Origin: Catajapyx aquilonaris
Taxonomy: Eukaryota
Assembly (NCBI GenBank): GCA_000934665.2
Contig: KZ538066.1
Location: 1 to 64,000, forward strand
Length of the DNA stretch: 64,000 bases
Reading direction: 5' to 3'
Position numbers and translations under genes: made by a program. The stretch's first letter is position 1; each line of letters starts with the position of its first letter. The notes below the pieces were generated by a model. It was not told the DNA's origin. It searched no databases and saw only the letters and a program-made list of their open reading frames with translations. Shown in pieces: positions 49,486-63,000 of this stretch.

Positions 49486-52346
49486 GCAAATCGGAGGGTT
49501 GTAAATTGGGGTCGAGATGGAATCGCCGCTAATTTGACTAATCAACATAATCCGAGTCCGGTCCTCTGTAGTTGTATCGAGTTTTTTGGGGGGTGGAATT
49601 GGAGGGGGGACATTTTTTTTAGCTCCCCCATGTCCTGACCACAAAGAGTGGGGGTGGGGGGTTACAAATTTTGGCGAAAACGTATGCTGCAGCAGGGAGT
49701 TATGCCCGCTGCCACGTTTATAACTTTCACAATCTGATTTGTTGTCCTGGACAGGGTAATAAATTTAAAACCAGGGGAAATGATTGTTGAAACGTCCGAT
49801 ATTTCCCTCCCATTTACACGTATAGATGGATCGGCAAAGCGTGTCATTCATACGATTGACACTAGCTCGAATGAAAAAGTGTGCCAGCTATATTTGGGGG
49901 GTGGACCATATGTGCGCCCGCAATTTTTGGGGGGGTTAGGTGGACACTGGAAAAGTAATGTGATCGACTTTTGTTAGTACTGAAATTTCAGGCTTGAATT
50001 GTTGGGTAGGAAAACAGAAACGGGCCATTTTGGACAACATGCGCATGCGCATTGAAAATACAATGCAGATTCAATAGATTACACAATTTTTCCGATCAAA
50101 GTCCTAGTTCGACTTCCCTGCTTTAAACGCACGTTTAATCCGCCATTTAGCCCAAGCCCGAATTACCGAGTGACAACAACCAGTTTTTTTTTCCACGATT
50201 TAAAATCGGGACGTAAAACTCTAATGATTCCCACGAGTAAAAAACCCCCTCTCTACATACACATGTTTTTTTTTTCATTATCATTCCTTGTCGTAAACCC
50301 TCCCGCAGTTTTACTGGAATTAACACACTTTCTTAAACCCCATTTGGTATGCAAATTCAGCTCGGTACATCATTACACGGTAGTCTGAACATTACGCAAA
50401 AAACTATATTTGTTTTTGAAACACATATGCAAAGTCAGGTCCTGTATCCGTCTGACGAATAAACTTCATCGCAAATACTGGACTTATTTACTTGAGGCCG
50501 GTTATTAGTTAGCTGAGCATGAATCCGCACATTTTCCTCTCTGTGATGATTACACGCAGTTTATTTTTTTTATTTTTGCGGGCCAAACTTACGGCTCGGT
50601 TTTTTATCAAAAGACTGGTTCTAAATGAGAGAGAGGCCAAAAAATGGGAAATGGCTTGCATCTGCCTCTCTCTGTAGGCATATTAGCAAAGCCTGGTTTT
50701 TAGCAAAAAAAAAAAATTTGGCGAGTGGAATAAAACTAGGGATTCATAACACTGAGGAAGGTTGACACCAAAAGTGATGCTCGTAACTCTGCTAATGAAA
50801 CTACTGGGCATGAAATTACTTCGGGGAATACAGCGCGTTGCAAAAAAAAAAAAATATGCGAAAAGAGGAAGGGCAACAACGAGTCATGTGCAGTTAGTGT
50901 ACTTAGTTGTGATTATTAAAAGGTGACTGGGCTGTGAATGATAAGGAGCATGGTTTTAACTGGAGATTAGGCTCGGTTTTACAACATTGTTGACAGGCAT
51001 TGCGCAATTTTTTTTAGCAATTTTGTTTGTGCCAAAAATTGGTGTCAATCAAGTAATAAAACAGCACATGGTATTCGAAAGATTGTAGTGCAAAAAATTG
51101 TGTAATTTTTAGCCTAAACGCATATGTGCAAAAATATGTTTCGCCGTTTTGCAAATTTGACATTCATTTCGTATAACATATTAGGGTGAAGGTAATGAAA
51201 CTAATGTTATTCAGACAGGTGCAGTGCAAAATCTGGTTTTTTGTCCTCCCATGAATATTTGCCAAAAATATTGGTCACGGTTAGTCAAACAGGCTTTTTT
51301 GTGCATAAGTATGCTAATTCGTCCTGCATTAGATTTTGCAAAACATTGGTGTGATGGCTGGCAAAAAATGTTATTCGGACAATAATAATTGCAGTGCAAA
51401 TTATTTTTTCTCATACAAATTTTTGGGGTCAGCAAACAGCTCATGATATTTAAACCCCTTGTGTGCAAAAACATGCAAATTTATCATACAAAAATATGTG
51501 CAAATATTGCTCGTTTCAAGGTCATCAAGCCGCGTATCTAACGGATTTTAGTGATTTTTTTTTGCAAATTTGACATAATTACGTGCAATTTTAGCACATA
51601 AATATGGGTGTCAAGGTTGGCAAACAGAACGTGTTATTCAAACGTGGGGTTTTCAGTCCAAAAGGTGGTAATGGTTTTCCAGCATCCCTGGGTAATAATG
51701 GGCGCTGGCCATTGTCTCTTTATTACGCCGTTTCGAGCACAATAAAATTAACATGATCGCAACAATCAGCATTCGCCATTTTGGATGGTGGGGGGGACTG
51801 CAAATTCACAAAAGGGCCATCAACCGACAGGGCCAAAACCTGCCTTTGTTTTCAATAATTTTTTGATTGGCACCCAGGCCCACGCCCAGCCATTGTCAAC
51901 ATCGCAACAATTTAAAATATAATATTCGATACATACATTTTAGCCCCACTTTGCATGATTAATAAGTGCAATAAATAAAATCAATATTTACAGAAGTATA
52001 TAAATGAATTAATACGGTATGTGAAATATAACCCAATGATTATAAAATAATGTTCCATCATTTAAGTATAACTAAATGTAAACAAAAATTAAAAGTGACA
52101 ATACTTACATAATTACACGTGCACATGATATAATGCATTGTATGTAGAATATGAAATTACGTATTGTAATCAGATGTAATTATTAATTGAAAGTAATTTG
52201 AGTACTAAGAGTGCGTAAGTGTATAAATTTAATAAATGTACTACTTATAGCGAACAAATTTAAATAACAAGTAATGTAATATAATAATATTAATGGACTT
52301 AATTATGGCCATACAAATATGCATAAACTAATATATTATTCATATT

Positions 52347-52505
52347 ATATTTATGTAAAATCATAAAATTCATAGATATTCAAAATATATTTATGTAAAA
52401 TCATAAAATTCATAGATATTCAAAATATATTTATGTAAAATCATGAAATTCATATACATTCAAAATATATTTATGTAAAATCATGAAATTCATATACATT
52501 AAAAT
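52347..52505. repeat. 40-bp AT-rich tandem repeat, 4 copies
   Basis: TTATGTAAAATCAT at 52351, 52391, 52431 and 52471. Confidence 0.92.
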
Positions 52506-55500
52506 TATATTCATTAAAACACGTAATATGCCATTCTTTTTCATTTGGCATCAATAATAATATATTGTTACAATGGAGGGCAGATATAATAAATATTTAT
52601 ATATCATAAGTACAAAATTAATTTAAAATGCAAATTGTACAATCATACAATATAATTTAATATATTTATAATATGTCATGAAAGTTAATATAGTTATAAT
52701 ATATCATATAAAATTCAATATATTCATAATATATCATATAAAATTTAATATATATTCATAATATAATTATATAGTGTACACAGTGTATATAATGAACAGC
52801 AGAAATGAAAGCTAATTAATACAAAAAAGGATATAAATATGGCACAAAACTTTTTATAAATATTTCTTCACAACCCACACACATGGGTCCAATATTTTTG
52901 GCCCACTTGGGCCTAATCCCTCTCTTAATCAGGTCCCTAATTAAAAGGCTTCCTAACAAAGTTCCGGCCGCCCTTGGATGGGTATGGTGCTTGGGATGGT
53001 GGGAGGATGGGGGGTGGGGGGTGGAAATTAATTTTCACAAACAATTACCGGGACACAATCTTCCGTCGCAGGTTACACTAATCTGCCGTGAATTTTGTGG
53101 GGGGACCAGGTCCAATAAGACATATCTAACCCACACGGTGTGTCAAAAAAAAAGATTCCTCCATACAAGTCAGCGTGTGTGAAGGAGAATTCATTAGAGA
53201 AGCTGCCCCCTTTTGTGCGGTGCTGTAGAGACGTAGGCAAATGTGCGACCATGTGTTGCGGAAGAGCATAATCGTCCAGGGGTAAATGAGAGGGGTGGGG
53301 TGCTCTTTCAAAAGGCGGCCATGATTAGGCCTAAGCGCCTCAGCAATATGCAGGGGGAGAGAGGAGCACTGGCAAAGAGAGCAAACATCGGAACTGCAAA
53401 AAGGATGGACTCAAAAAAACTGGTATTAGCTAGTTGAAAAAAAAAATGTTTCATTTTCAGAGGTGGAAGCGTCGTTCGAAGCTAAATTTTTTGGAAGAGA
53501 TGCATTTTTTTGGAAGATTTCCCGAATTGTTGTTGGCAAATATAATTTTACGAATTGTTGCAATCTTTCATACACGAATATTTTGCTAACGGAATCTTTC
53601 ACTTGTGTGACCTTTGGCAGAAAATTATCTATAATATTGCTAACTATTATTTTTTTGGCAATCGGTTACCATGTAACTTTGGCTTCCCAGGTAAACAAAC
53701 CTGGACAAACAGACAAACAAACATTCTCTTTTCTAATAATATTTATCTATTCATTTTTATTCATTTATTTCTGTTTTATTTTTTGTTTTGTTTATTTATT
53801 TATATGGTTTTAATTGTTTATTTATGTACTAATCCTAGTTTACCAGGTCCTACAATAATTATTGCTCCTTGTTATAATTAATTTGTTGATGCCAATGTAT
53901 TTTTTTTGCCTCTTTAACATTCCTTGCAAAATACACAAAAGGGAGCAATCTCCTGATTACCTTTGAATTTATTAGGTTATACAGTACAGCGAGAAGTATA
54001 GGGAGGGTTTGGTAGGGAGGTAGGGGGAAGGGGGAGGGGAAATAGTCGATAAATCGATGGGTATTATAATCATGACTAAACTTCTATCGTGAGGAGGGAG
54101 GGGGGGGGGGAAGGCGGAGGTGGTGCTTTAATATGCATAATTAGACGCGCGAGCCATCGCCCTGAAGGGAAAAGGCTTAAATAATCTTGCTGCCTAGCTG
54201 TGCAAATTGTAATATTGCGAAATGCGAAATTTTAATTAAACTTTTGCCCTGTGCGCATGAGTGTCGGATGAACTACGATTTAAGGTCACTTAAACGGTTG
54301 CAAAAAACAGAGGTATTATTTTACAAAAACTGTGAAAAATTCGACAGTAATTTAAACGTATATTATGTTGATAAAGTACCATTTAAAAGATAAGTTGTGC
54401 TGTGCTTTAAAGTCAGCAAGTCAGATAATATTATTTTAACTTAAACAAGAGGTTGATATTTACACATATTTTCTACCGCGTAAATTATGTATTTATGTAC
54501 AGTATGTAGTATTCATGATCATGATGTATGTACACAGTTCCAACTTAAACATACGAGGCGTATCCATGTCAAATTATTAGTGATAGTAACGAACCGTCAG
54601 CGACTAGGATCATCCGGGCGAGAAGCCAATCGTGGATCGATAGTATCGCAACAATCGCTGGATCCCATCAGTCTGATTGCTCACAATCCATTTTCCCCAA
54701 ACCCTTTCTCATCATCATATTTCGGCATTGACGCAGTGACATATCCCCCGTCGGTGCAATGAAAACACGGCGTAAAACGTGTTGTAAGCATGAACGCTAC
54801 AATTGGGTGTCGGTAGAGGGGGGGGGGGGTGAACCTACAACAAAGAAGCAGCAATTTCATACCCCATCGCTGTTTGCAACAGCTACAAAATCCCGGAAAA
54901 TTGAATGCCCCATCCCTCCCACTATGACTACTAATATCATTAGATTCCCCCATTTTGATCTGGGGATGACACAACTTCCGCTTTCAAATCGGATGTACAA
55001 AAAACTGATTCCGAAAATGCTTTCGGTTGCTGCGTGGTTTGTGATCAGAATTTTTTGCGAGAAGACATGACGAAAATATTAGTTGCCAATGTTAGGTTCC
55101 ATGGACACATCTAGTTGACGACTGATCCGTCAGTCGATTGTAAACGAAGCGACTGATACTATCGATCAGTAGGCCTAAATTCGATGCAGGTCTCTCTTTG
55201 AGGCGTTAACTGCTTTATAATGGCAGCTTTTAAAATCGGGAACTAAATTTGGTTCTAAAATTGATCACAAAAATTGTCAATACGGTACTAAAATTGATCA
55301 CAAAAATTGTCAATACGGTACTAAAATTGATCAGAAAATTTGATCTGAAATGTGTTACTAATTGGTCCTGAACTACACCTAAATTGGTTCTAAATAGGTT
55401 CTAAAATGGGTCCTACTCTTTGTTTCAAAATTAATTCAAAATTGATTTTAATACAGGTAATAAAGTAGGCCTACTTAGGTTCTAAGTGAAGTTTAATAAA

Positions 55501-55837
55501 AGATTTCTAAAATAGGTTGTAAAATTGATTCTACTAATTGATTTAGTATAATTGACTTCACCATTTGTTAACTAATCCAACAGTTTAGCTGAGTATAGTA
55601 TCGGTTGAGTATTTTCTCGCTTGAAGCGACGGTGCTGACCCCGCACGTCCCAGAAAGTAATCGATCAAATTATTGCCAAATTGGTTATCAACGTGGCCGA
55701 TTAAGACGCCAATTAAGTAAAGTGCTGACTAGCTGAGGTTTCTTGTGAGAAAAGAGAAAGAAAGAAAAGGAAAAGAAAAGAGGAAGAGCAATCCGGAACA
55801 GGTGATGGTCCGGGGTGCAGGGTGACTCAAATTGCTT

Positions 55838-55874
55838 NNNNNNNNNNNNNNNNNNNNNNNNNNNNNNNNNNNNN
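55838..55874. other. Assembly gap (37 N)
   Basis: A run of n bases; the true length is unknown. Confidence 0.99.
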
Positions 55875-56314
55875 GTTCCACTAGCTATAGGAGTAGTAGA
55901 GCTGGAATCCTGGAAGCTGAGTCAGCTCCAGACCCACATCCGGGTTTAAATTAATAGGCCCACCTCCAGCACCCGGGGAGAAAAACTTAAAACCTGACTA
56001 AGATTCATGAACCATCTCCGCCAGATCCTATTCTAATCATATTTGCGCTAACTAACGCCCTCTCTTGATTGAAGAGTCTTAATGGTTTTGAGGGGAAAAT
56101 TTTCAGGATGAAGCTGGAGAAGCTGATGGAAAATGGTGGAAGATAAATGGATATAATAGTTGATGGTTAATGGACAAAATAGGTGATGATGAATGGAGAA
56201 AATAGTGAATGGATAAAATGACGGTGAATCTACAAATTAAGTGATGGTGAATGGACAAAACAGGCGGTGATAAATGGAGAAAATATGTGATAATCAATAA
56301 TCAATAATTATGTA

Positions 56315-56454
56315 CTATCGGTCTCAATTAGTTTCGGCCACTTTATCCTGGTCTTGAAGCAACCCTTCGCACAGGCCCCACGGTGAGGAGGTGTCTGTGT
56401 GAAGGGTTGCTTCAAGACCAGGATAAAGTGGCCGGAACTAATTGAACCCGATAG
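56315..56454. mobile_element. TA-flanked 140-bp palindromic MITE (family 2, copy b)
   Basis: TA|CTATCGGTCTCAATTAGTTTCGGCCACTTTATCCTGGTCTTGAAGCAACCCTTC ... GAAGGGTTGCTTCAAGACCAGGATAAAGTGGCCGGAACTAATTGAACCCGATAG|TA. Confidence 0.9.
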
Positions 56455-57289
56455 TACATAATAAAACGACGGTGAATAGATAAGAATTGATGGCGAAGTA
56501 ATTAAAATGATGTGAATGATGCGGTTAAACATGCAAATGAAAAAAAGATTGTGAAACTTTTTGAATCCATCTTTAAGCTGAATACACATCAGATTCTCTC
56601 GCAGGGGTTTTCCTCTTCCCTTCTCCGGAAGATTAATGCGGAGTGTTCCGGGGGCGGGTGCAAACCCCGGAGCCTGCGATGACATCTTTGTGACTTATAC
56701 GGAACCGAGGCTTCGACCCGGATTCTGACTCCATTACAGGCTCAATAACTGCGGATCCGGGGTGGGTAGTCATTTGACTGCACATATGGACTGCTACATG
56801 ATAACGCCAGACATTATCCAGTTTTAATGCGCACTAGTCCTACCCTATAAACCTAGCATAACTTTTTGGGGGGGAGAAAGTTGACCGTGGAGCAATCAAA
56901 AGGTCGAGTCGTGTTGAGAGCAAACAATGTGGTGGGAGGGCTTTGTTGACACGCCTTATGCAATCGCAAAAGCGTATTAGTGTGTGTACGGTAAATAATA
57001 CATATTCTTATCAGGAAAACAAACGGCAGCAGTGCGGTGGGATGGGGGGTGGGGGTTCGGATTAAACTAGGGGGGCACATAATCCGTGTTTGAACACTGC
57101 AAAATGCACAGCCATTCAATTACAATACATTGTGGGTATGCCGTTTAAATATTCGGTTTGAACAATACGGGGCGAGGATGCGGGGTGGATATGACTACTG
57201 CGCTAATTCTCCAAAATCACTATTCAGAACTGAGGTGTCAATGTACTAAGTGAAAAGGCCGTATCTGCAGCGTACTTAGTAAAAAAGCC

Positions 57290-58170
57290 GTATCTGCCCT
57301 GTGCGGCGATACTATCGATACATTCATTACTAATCTCAATGTAATCCTTAGTTTCATATCGTCCTTGATTTTCTTGAGTTGTTCCAGAGAGTGTCGACTG
57401 CAGTCGCCTTAGCTAGAAAGTAGCTTCTGCAGCATAAGCCAGAGCGATACTATCAATAAAACTTCCCAATAGCAGCAAAATCGTTAGTATTGTCCCATTT
57501 TTCCCTCTTTCCAGCCAATGCCGACTGCAGTCGACTTAGCAGTGTACCCTATGACAATACTATCGACACAACCGATACTCAATAGCAGTAAAGTGCTAGC
57601 ACCGTCCCTATTTTTCTGTATAGTTGCGGCCAATGTCGACTCCGGTCGACTTAGCAAGAAAGTCTTATCTGCAGTACATACTATAACGATACTATCGAGC
57701 AATAGAAATCAGTAGTAAAATCAATACTATAGTCTCCAATATTCCTTGTCGATGCAGCCAGTTACAACTCCAGTCGATTTAGAAAGTCTTGTATGCAGTA
57801 TATTGGGGCACTATCGATTCAATTCCGTTGTAAGTGATACTCAATAGTAAATCGTTACTATCGGCACCTATTTTTCTGCAGTTTCAGTCAGTGTAGACGC
57901 CAGAGTAGTAAGCAAGAGCGTTTTATCTGTAGTATAACCTATAGCTATACTATCGATACACACAATACAGTCCATAGTACATGTAATGAAATCGTTAGTA
58001 TCGCCTCCTATTTTGTTTTGTCGTTCCAACTAGTTAGACAAGAGAGTTGTATCTGTAGTAAACATTGATACTATTGATACAATTCCGTTACAGACGATAC
58101 TCAATAGTAAAATCGATATTATCGTCCCATTTCTTTCTCTGTCGTTCCAGCCAGTGTCGACTACAGTTTC
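57290..58170. repeat. Degenerate long-unit repeat with GTCGAC, CTGCAG and ATACTATCGAT cores
   Basis: Recurring gatactatcgat, gatactcaatagta and cagtgtcgact motifs. Confidence 0.7.
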
Positions 58171-59099
58171 ACCTGTTCGTGCCCAAATGTTGGTCTCGAC
58201 CCCAGCACGCTTCGGCAGGAAGACAAGGTAGGGAATATCGGAAAGCAATTTAAATCCGATGATTCGTTACACTCCCCCATACCGTGACATGACAAACCTG
58301 CCTTGTCAAGTGTATGAATGACCGCAAAATCCAGCTATCATGTTGCCTCCTGTGCCGCAATTTACTGTCATTCATCCTCCCTCCCCCCCCTCCTATTTAT
58401 CCCCTCCACCCCACCCCCGCCTTCCCCCGGATGACGAACGGCGGCCCATCATTCCCACCGATAACCGTGACCGATATTGAAAATTAATAATGGATAGAGG
58501 GTGCCGGGCCTAATATTGGGAGCTAACTTGTTGCGCACTTATTTTCTTGACGTACCTTCTGTATACGGTGCTGACCAATCGTACTAATGGGCCTTGAACT
58601 GCGGTGTTTGTCCACTCGCAAAATTTTAGCATAGTTTGCAGAAAAAAAAGTGCGGGGAGAGAGTAGGAGAGGAGAGGGGGGGGGGAGTTTCCGACCCTCA
58701 CTCCTCCCCATTCCGGAATTTTAAAACCGTATGAACATATGATCAACTCGGGTTTTTCGCTGATGAACGCGAATGTTCGAAATTGCGCGAATTTGCAAAG
58801 AGTGCACGAATTTTGCGAGGGCTGGGTTTTAAAGCGGGTTGCTCTCTGGCAATGATGCTGAAAACGCGCGAAATATTACGCACTTAAAATTATTAATTTC
58901 ATTTTATGTTTAACGAACTATTGAAGTATCGAATATAATAATGAGAAATTATTTTTGAATAGAAAAAATAGCGATTGAATCCGAATAAAACTCATTTGTG
59001 CGAAATATGTGAAATAAATATCAGCAAAACATGTGCAAAATGTTGACCTCAAATTGTGTAAAGTGTGTGGAAATAAATTTGAGTAAAATATATCGTACA

Positions 59100-59380
59100 A
59101 GAATATTTTACAATGTAATATTTTAAAACAAATGAGAGTATAAATTTAAAAAATCATTAGAGTGTAAATATTTTAAAAAATGCATTAGAGCGTAAATATT
59201 TAAAAAATACATTAGAGTGTAAATATTTCAAAATACATTAGTGTAAATATTTAAAAATACATTAGAGTGCAAGTTTAAAAATACATTAGAGTGTAAATTT
59301 AAAAATACATTAGAGTGTAAATTTAAAAGTACATTAGAGTGTAAGTTTTAAAAAATTAGAGTGTAAATTTAAAAACAAAA
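59100..59380. repeat. Tandem repeat of about 25-28 bp (TACATTAGAGTGTAAATTTAAAAA)
   Basis: About 9 copies. Confidence 0.88.
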
Positions 59381-60214
59381 GAGCCCAAATTTCCTAATTG
59401 AAGGTATAGTAAAACATTTCAAAATAAAAGACAGTGAAATATTTTAAAACAGATTTGATTAAATGATTGACAATAAATTTGAAGAAATATTTTCAAATTA
59501 AAATTTGTAAGATATTTAAATATTGGAATCAGTTTTAATTGTTAATAATATTAATGCAAATAATATGTCACATAATTTATAATGATGAAAATTGAGCATT
59601 TCAGTACCTTGTTCGCTCAGTTTTAATACATTGAACTCGAGTTATACGCGAATGAGTGAAATTTTTGCGCAACTTTGAGCGAGTTTTTAAAGCCGCTTAC
59701 ACCAATTTTTTTTCGGGGCAGCATCAACGAGGCTGAAAAACGCGTGAGTTATTATTTTATTGGAACAACCTAAGCCTTAGTAAGCCACTTGTGTTGTGAA
59801 GCCTGTCATTTAAGGGAAACGCGTTCAACACAATAGTGCGTCACGTAGCGCATGAAAAAAAAATCTGCGATAGAACAATAGGAAGGTTTTATTCAAACAT
59901 CTGGTGACAGTTCCTACATTCGCGGATTTGCGGTCGGTTTATTTGCGAAACGTGTGTGCGTGTTTTTCTAGTGCAAATACGCGTAGTGTGATGCGTGGAC
60001 ATAATCGTGCTCTGGTACGTATGCAGTTTAGCATTATAAATATTGCAATTTAGTTATGCCCTATGTAAATTCGTTGCCGAAAGGTAGAGAACAGTTGTGA
60101 ATGATTCTCACCAGCAACCTTGCGAAAGAAAAGCAACAATTTGTCTAACTCAGGGTATGTTCTCTTTAAGCTGACTGCTGAGATGTACCGGTACTCTTCA
60201 TTTGAAGTTTTCAA

Positions 60215-60820
60215 TAGAATAACTGTTATTGGATAACCACCTGAAGAATAACTGCTGTCACATAACCATACAATGAACTTATTAAATAACTATTGTCCAA
60301 TAACCATATGCTGAGTAACTATTGTCCAAAAACCACATGATGAGTAACTGCTATTTAATAATATTATGAAAAACTATTATCAAATCGCCAAATGATGAAT
60401 AACTATGGTGGACAAACCATAACCTCTATCAAATAGCCATATGATGAGTAATAATTGTTAGTAAATAACCATATGATGAGTAATAGTTATAGAATGATGA
60501 ATTGATGAAATGATGAATAACAGTTATAGAATGATGACATGATGACATGATGAATAAAACAGTTATAGAATGATGAATTGATGAAATGATGAATAACAGT
60601 TATAGAATGATGACTTGATGAAATGATGAATAACAGTTATAGAATGATGACTTGATCAAATGATGAATAACAGTTATAGAATAATGAATAACAGTAGCTA
60701 TCGAATGATGATTGAAATAATGAATAGCAGTAGCTATCGAATGATCATTGAAATAATGAATAGCTGTTATTGAATGATGAATGATATGAGTAACCATCCA
60801 GTGAATAATATTGAACAATA
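60215..60820. repeat. GATGAATAACAGTTATAGAAT repeat island (37-bp units)
   Basis: The 37-bp period is visible at 60601 and 60638, with diverged flanks. Confidence 0.85.
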
Positions 60821-61818
60821 ATTTAATTTAATATAATACCGGGTGGCTCACAATCAGTACCCAAGTTCAGAATCCACGAAGTTATTAATTGCACGCTCCA
60901 GCTTACCTGTGCTACACTTGAAATGTGATTAATATTTTGCAAATAATTCCTTGAGAACAAAAAAAATCCACCTGCGCTCTAGCTTGAACTTAATACGTAA
61001 CAAAAGGGACGAAACGTACAAAAGAAATCTGCCATAAATATTCATGATCACATGATCTCCCCCTCCCCTCCCACCTTCCTTCAAAGTCAGATTTCTTAAT
61101 TACCTACACCTGGCCTCGCAATTTTGCCTCCCGGTGTACAGTATCCCTCTTTGAAACCTGATTCCAAAGATTTTTGCGACTTTGGGGGGAGAGGAAAAAA
61201 GAAAGGGGGGGTCGTTTGAAATGGTTGGCGCGTGACATAGGGAGGTGGGGGAGGTGAGATGGAAAAAAAGTTCCATTTCCAGTGTGTCTCCTCCCTTGCT
61301 AGCTCACAAATCCCAGAACTCCCCTTTTGCCTATTGGACCTACCATTTTTACTCCCCCCCACCTCCTCCGCCTCTCCCCTCTTTCTCCCCGATTTTGGGA
61401 GCCTGCTCATTTTCCAGGCAGGATATGAGTTCCGCTTTTGCGCGACGCTCTTCGCCTCCCCCATCGCCATTCCCCCCCAACCTCCAATCAATGCCTTGCA
61501 GACAATAATTATTCCAAGCAGCGCCTTATGACTGTTCCATCTGCCCTCCCCGCCACCCCCTACTTCTATAACAGCCAGCTCCAGCCCCCTCCTCCACCTC
61601 CCATTATCGTGTATATAGGCAGGCGATACGCAACCAGTTCTATGCAGTCCACGCATCGGTTCATATGCATAGAAAACGTAAACGAATAGTTTTGGAGCGT
61701 GCAGCACAGCTATTGGGACTATTTCCGCAATATGTCGCCCAAAATTTGACGGAATTCACGGGAGAGTGCAGTAACTAATATAAGACATTATCAGTTGTTT
61801 TAGTTATTCATCGTTTAA

Positions 61819-62019
61819 CTAGAAAAACACTCGCTTCGATCACATTTTTCTATAGGGCGCAGTAGGCCCTCCGTCCGACAGCGAACAAATGGATAATTCT
61901 CCCTCCCATCCACCAGAGGCGCGGCTTCCACCCATTGCGCATGCGTCCCGGTAACAATATGCGGTAGACCAATCAAAATGCATAACAATACACGCCCACT
62001 ACGATTTTAATATTAGAGA
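61819..62019 (-). mobile_element. Probable short non-autonomous Helitron
   Basis: On the minus strand it reads A|TCTCTAATATTAAAATCG ... GATCGAAGCGAGTGTTTTTCTAG|T: a 5' TC, a 3' CTAG, insertion between A and T, and no TSD. The subterminal hairpin is degenerate. Confidence 0.6.
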
Positions 62020-62385
62020 TAGTTATAATTTTATTAGTCATCCATCAGTTTATTAGTTATCATTTTTGTTTATTAGTTATGTATATTAGTTATCATTTTC
62101 TTTATCAGTTTTGTATATTAGTTATCATTTTCTTTATTAGTTTTGTTTATTAGTTATCGTTTTCTTCATTAGTTATGTTTATTAGTTACCATTTTTATTT
62201 AATAGTTATGTTTATTAGTTACCATTTTTATTTATTAGTTATGTTTATAGGTTATAATATTGTATTAGTTATTTATTAGAAAGTTATCAAGTTATTAGTT
62301 ATTTTATTTGTCAGTTACAATTTTATTAGCTATTTTATTTGTCAGTGATAATTTTATTACTTATTTTATAAGTTATTCTGTTTTC
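62020..62385. repeat. TTATTAGTTAT minisatellite island
   Basis: Recurring ttattagttat units of about 30 bp. Confidence 0.8.
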
Positions 62386-62454
62386 ATTAAGTGTTAGGTA
62401 TATTTCTTATTTCATTACTGTGTTAGCCTGGTACTTATGTAACCCATAGTAGTG

Positions 62455-63000
62455 GAGGATCTAGGCCTAATAACCCTTTCTATTTTCTTGCTATTTTAGT
62501 AGCAGGTTTAGCAGCCCTGCTAGTATAATTAGAAGCTTGAATAGCACTGTCTAGGTTTGGTAGGTTTAGGAGCGCCAACTAGTAAGAGAAAATTTAATAG
62601 ATCTTGCTAGGTTTAGTGTAGCTGCTAGTACTGTAGTTATAGTGGACTGTCACTATAGCTTTTGGTAGGTTAAGTGGCAGGTTTAGTAGTGCCTACTAGT
62701 AAGCGAATATTCGATGGACCTTGTGGTTTAGTGGAAGGTTTAGTAGCTCCTACTAGTGAGGGGATAACTAGAAGCCATGTAGTAGTGAAGGGTTTAATAG
62801 CGCCAACTAGTAGAAGTTTTGACATCACCGTCCAGGTTTAATGGAAGGTTTAGAAGCACCTGCTGTAGTAAGTGAATATTTCATAGCCCTTGCTAACCTT
62901 AGCATTTCCTATACTACAGTATAACGGAACGTTTAGTAGCTCATTCTCATAAATATATTCATAATTGAGTAGCAGCTGGAAGACTAGTAGTTCCTTCTAG
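62455..63000. repeat. AGGTTTAG / ACTAGT degenerate repeat island
   Basis: Recurring aggtttagtag and gcgccaactagta motifs. Confidence 0.6.

Noticed and set aside
60901..60960. Strong minus-strand donor CAG|GTAAGC as the leader exon end
   Set aside because: The phase-1 frame has a TAA ending 22 nt upstream of the donor, and no hydrophobic leader is encoded. A non-coding exon cannot be excluded.
61096..61707. Longest ORF in the track (203 aa)
   Set aside because: It is low-complexity, driven by G/C runs, and has no recognisable domain; the overlapping opposite-strand ORFs are equally featureless.
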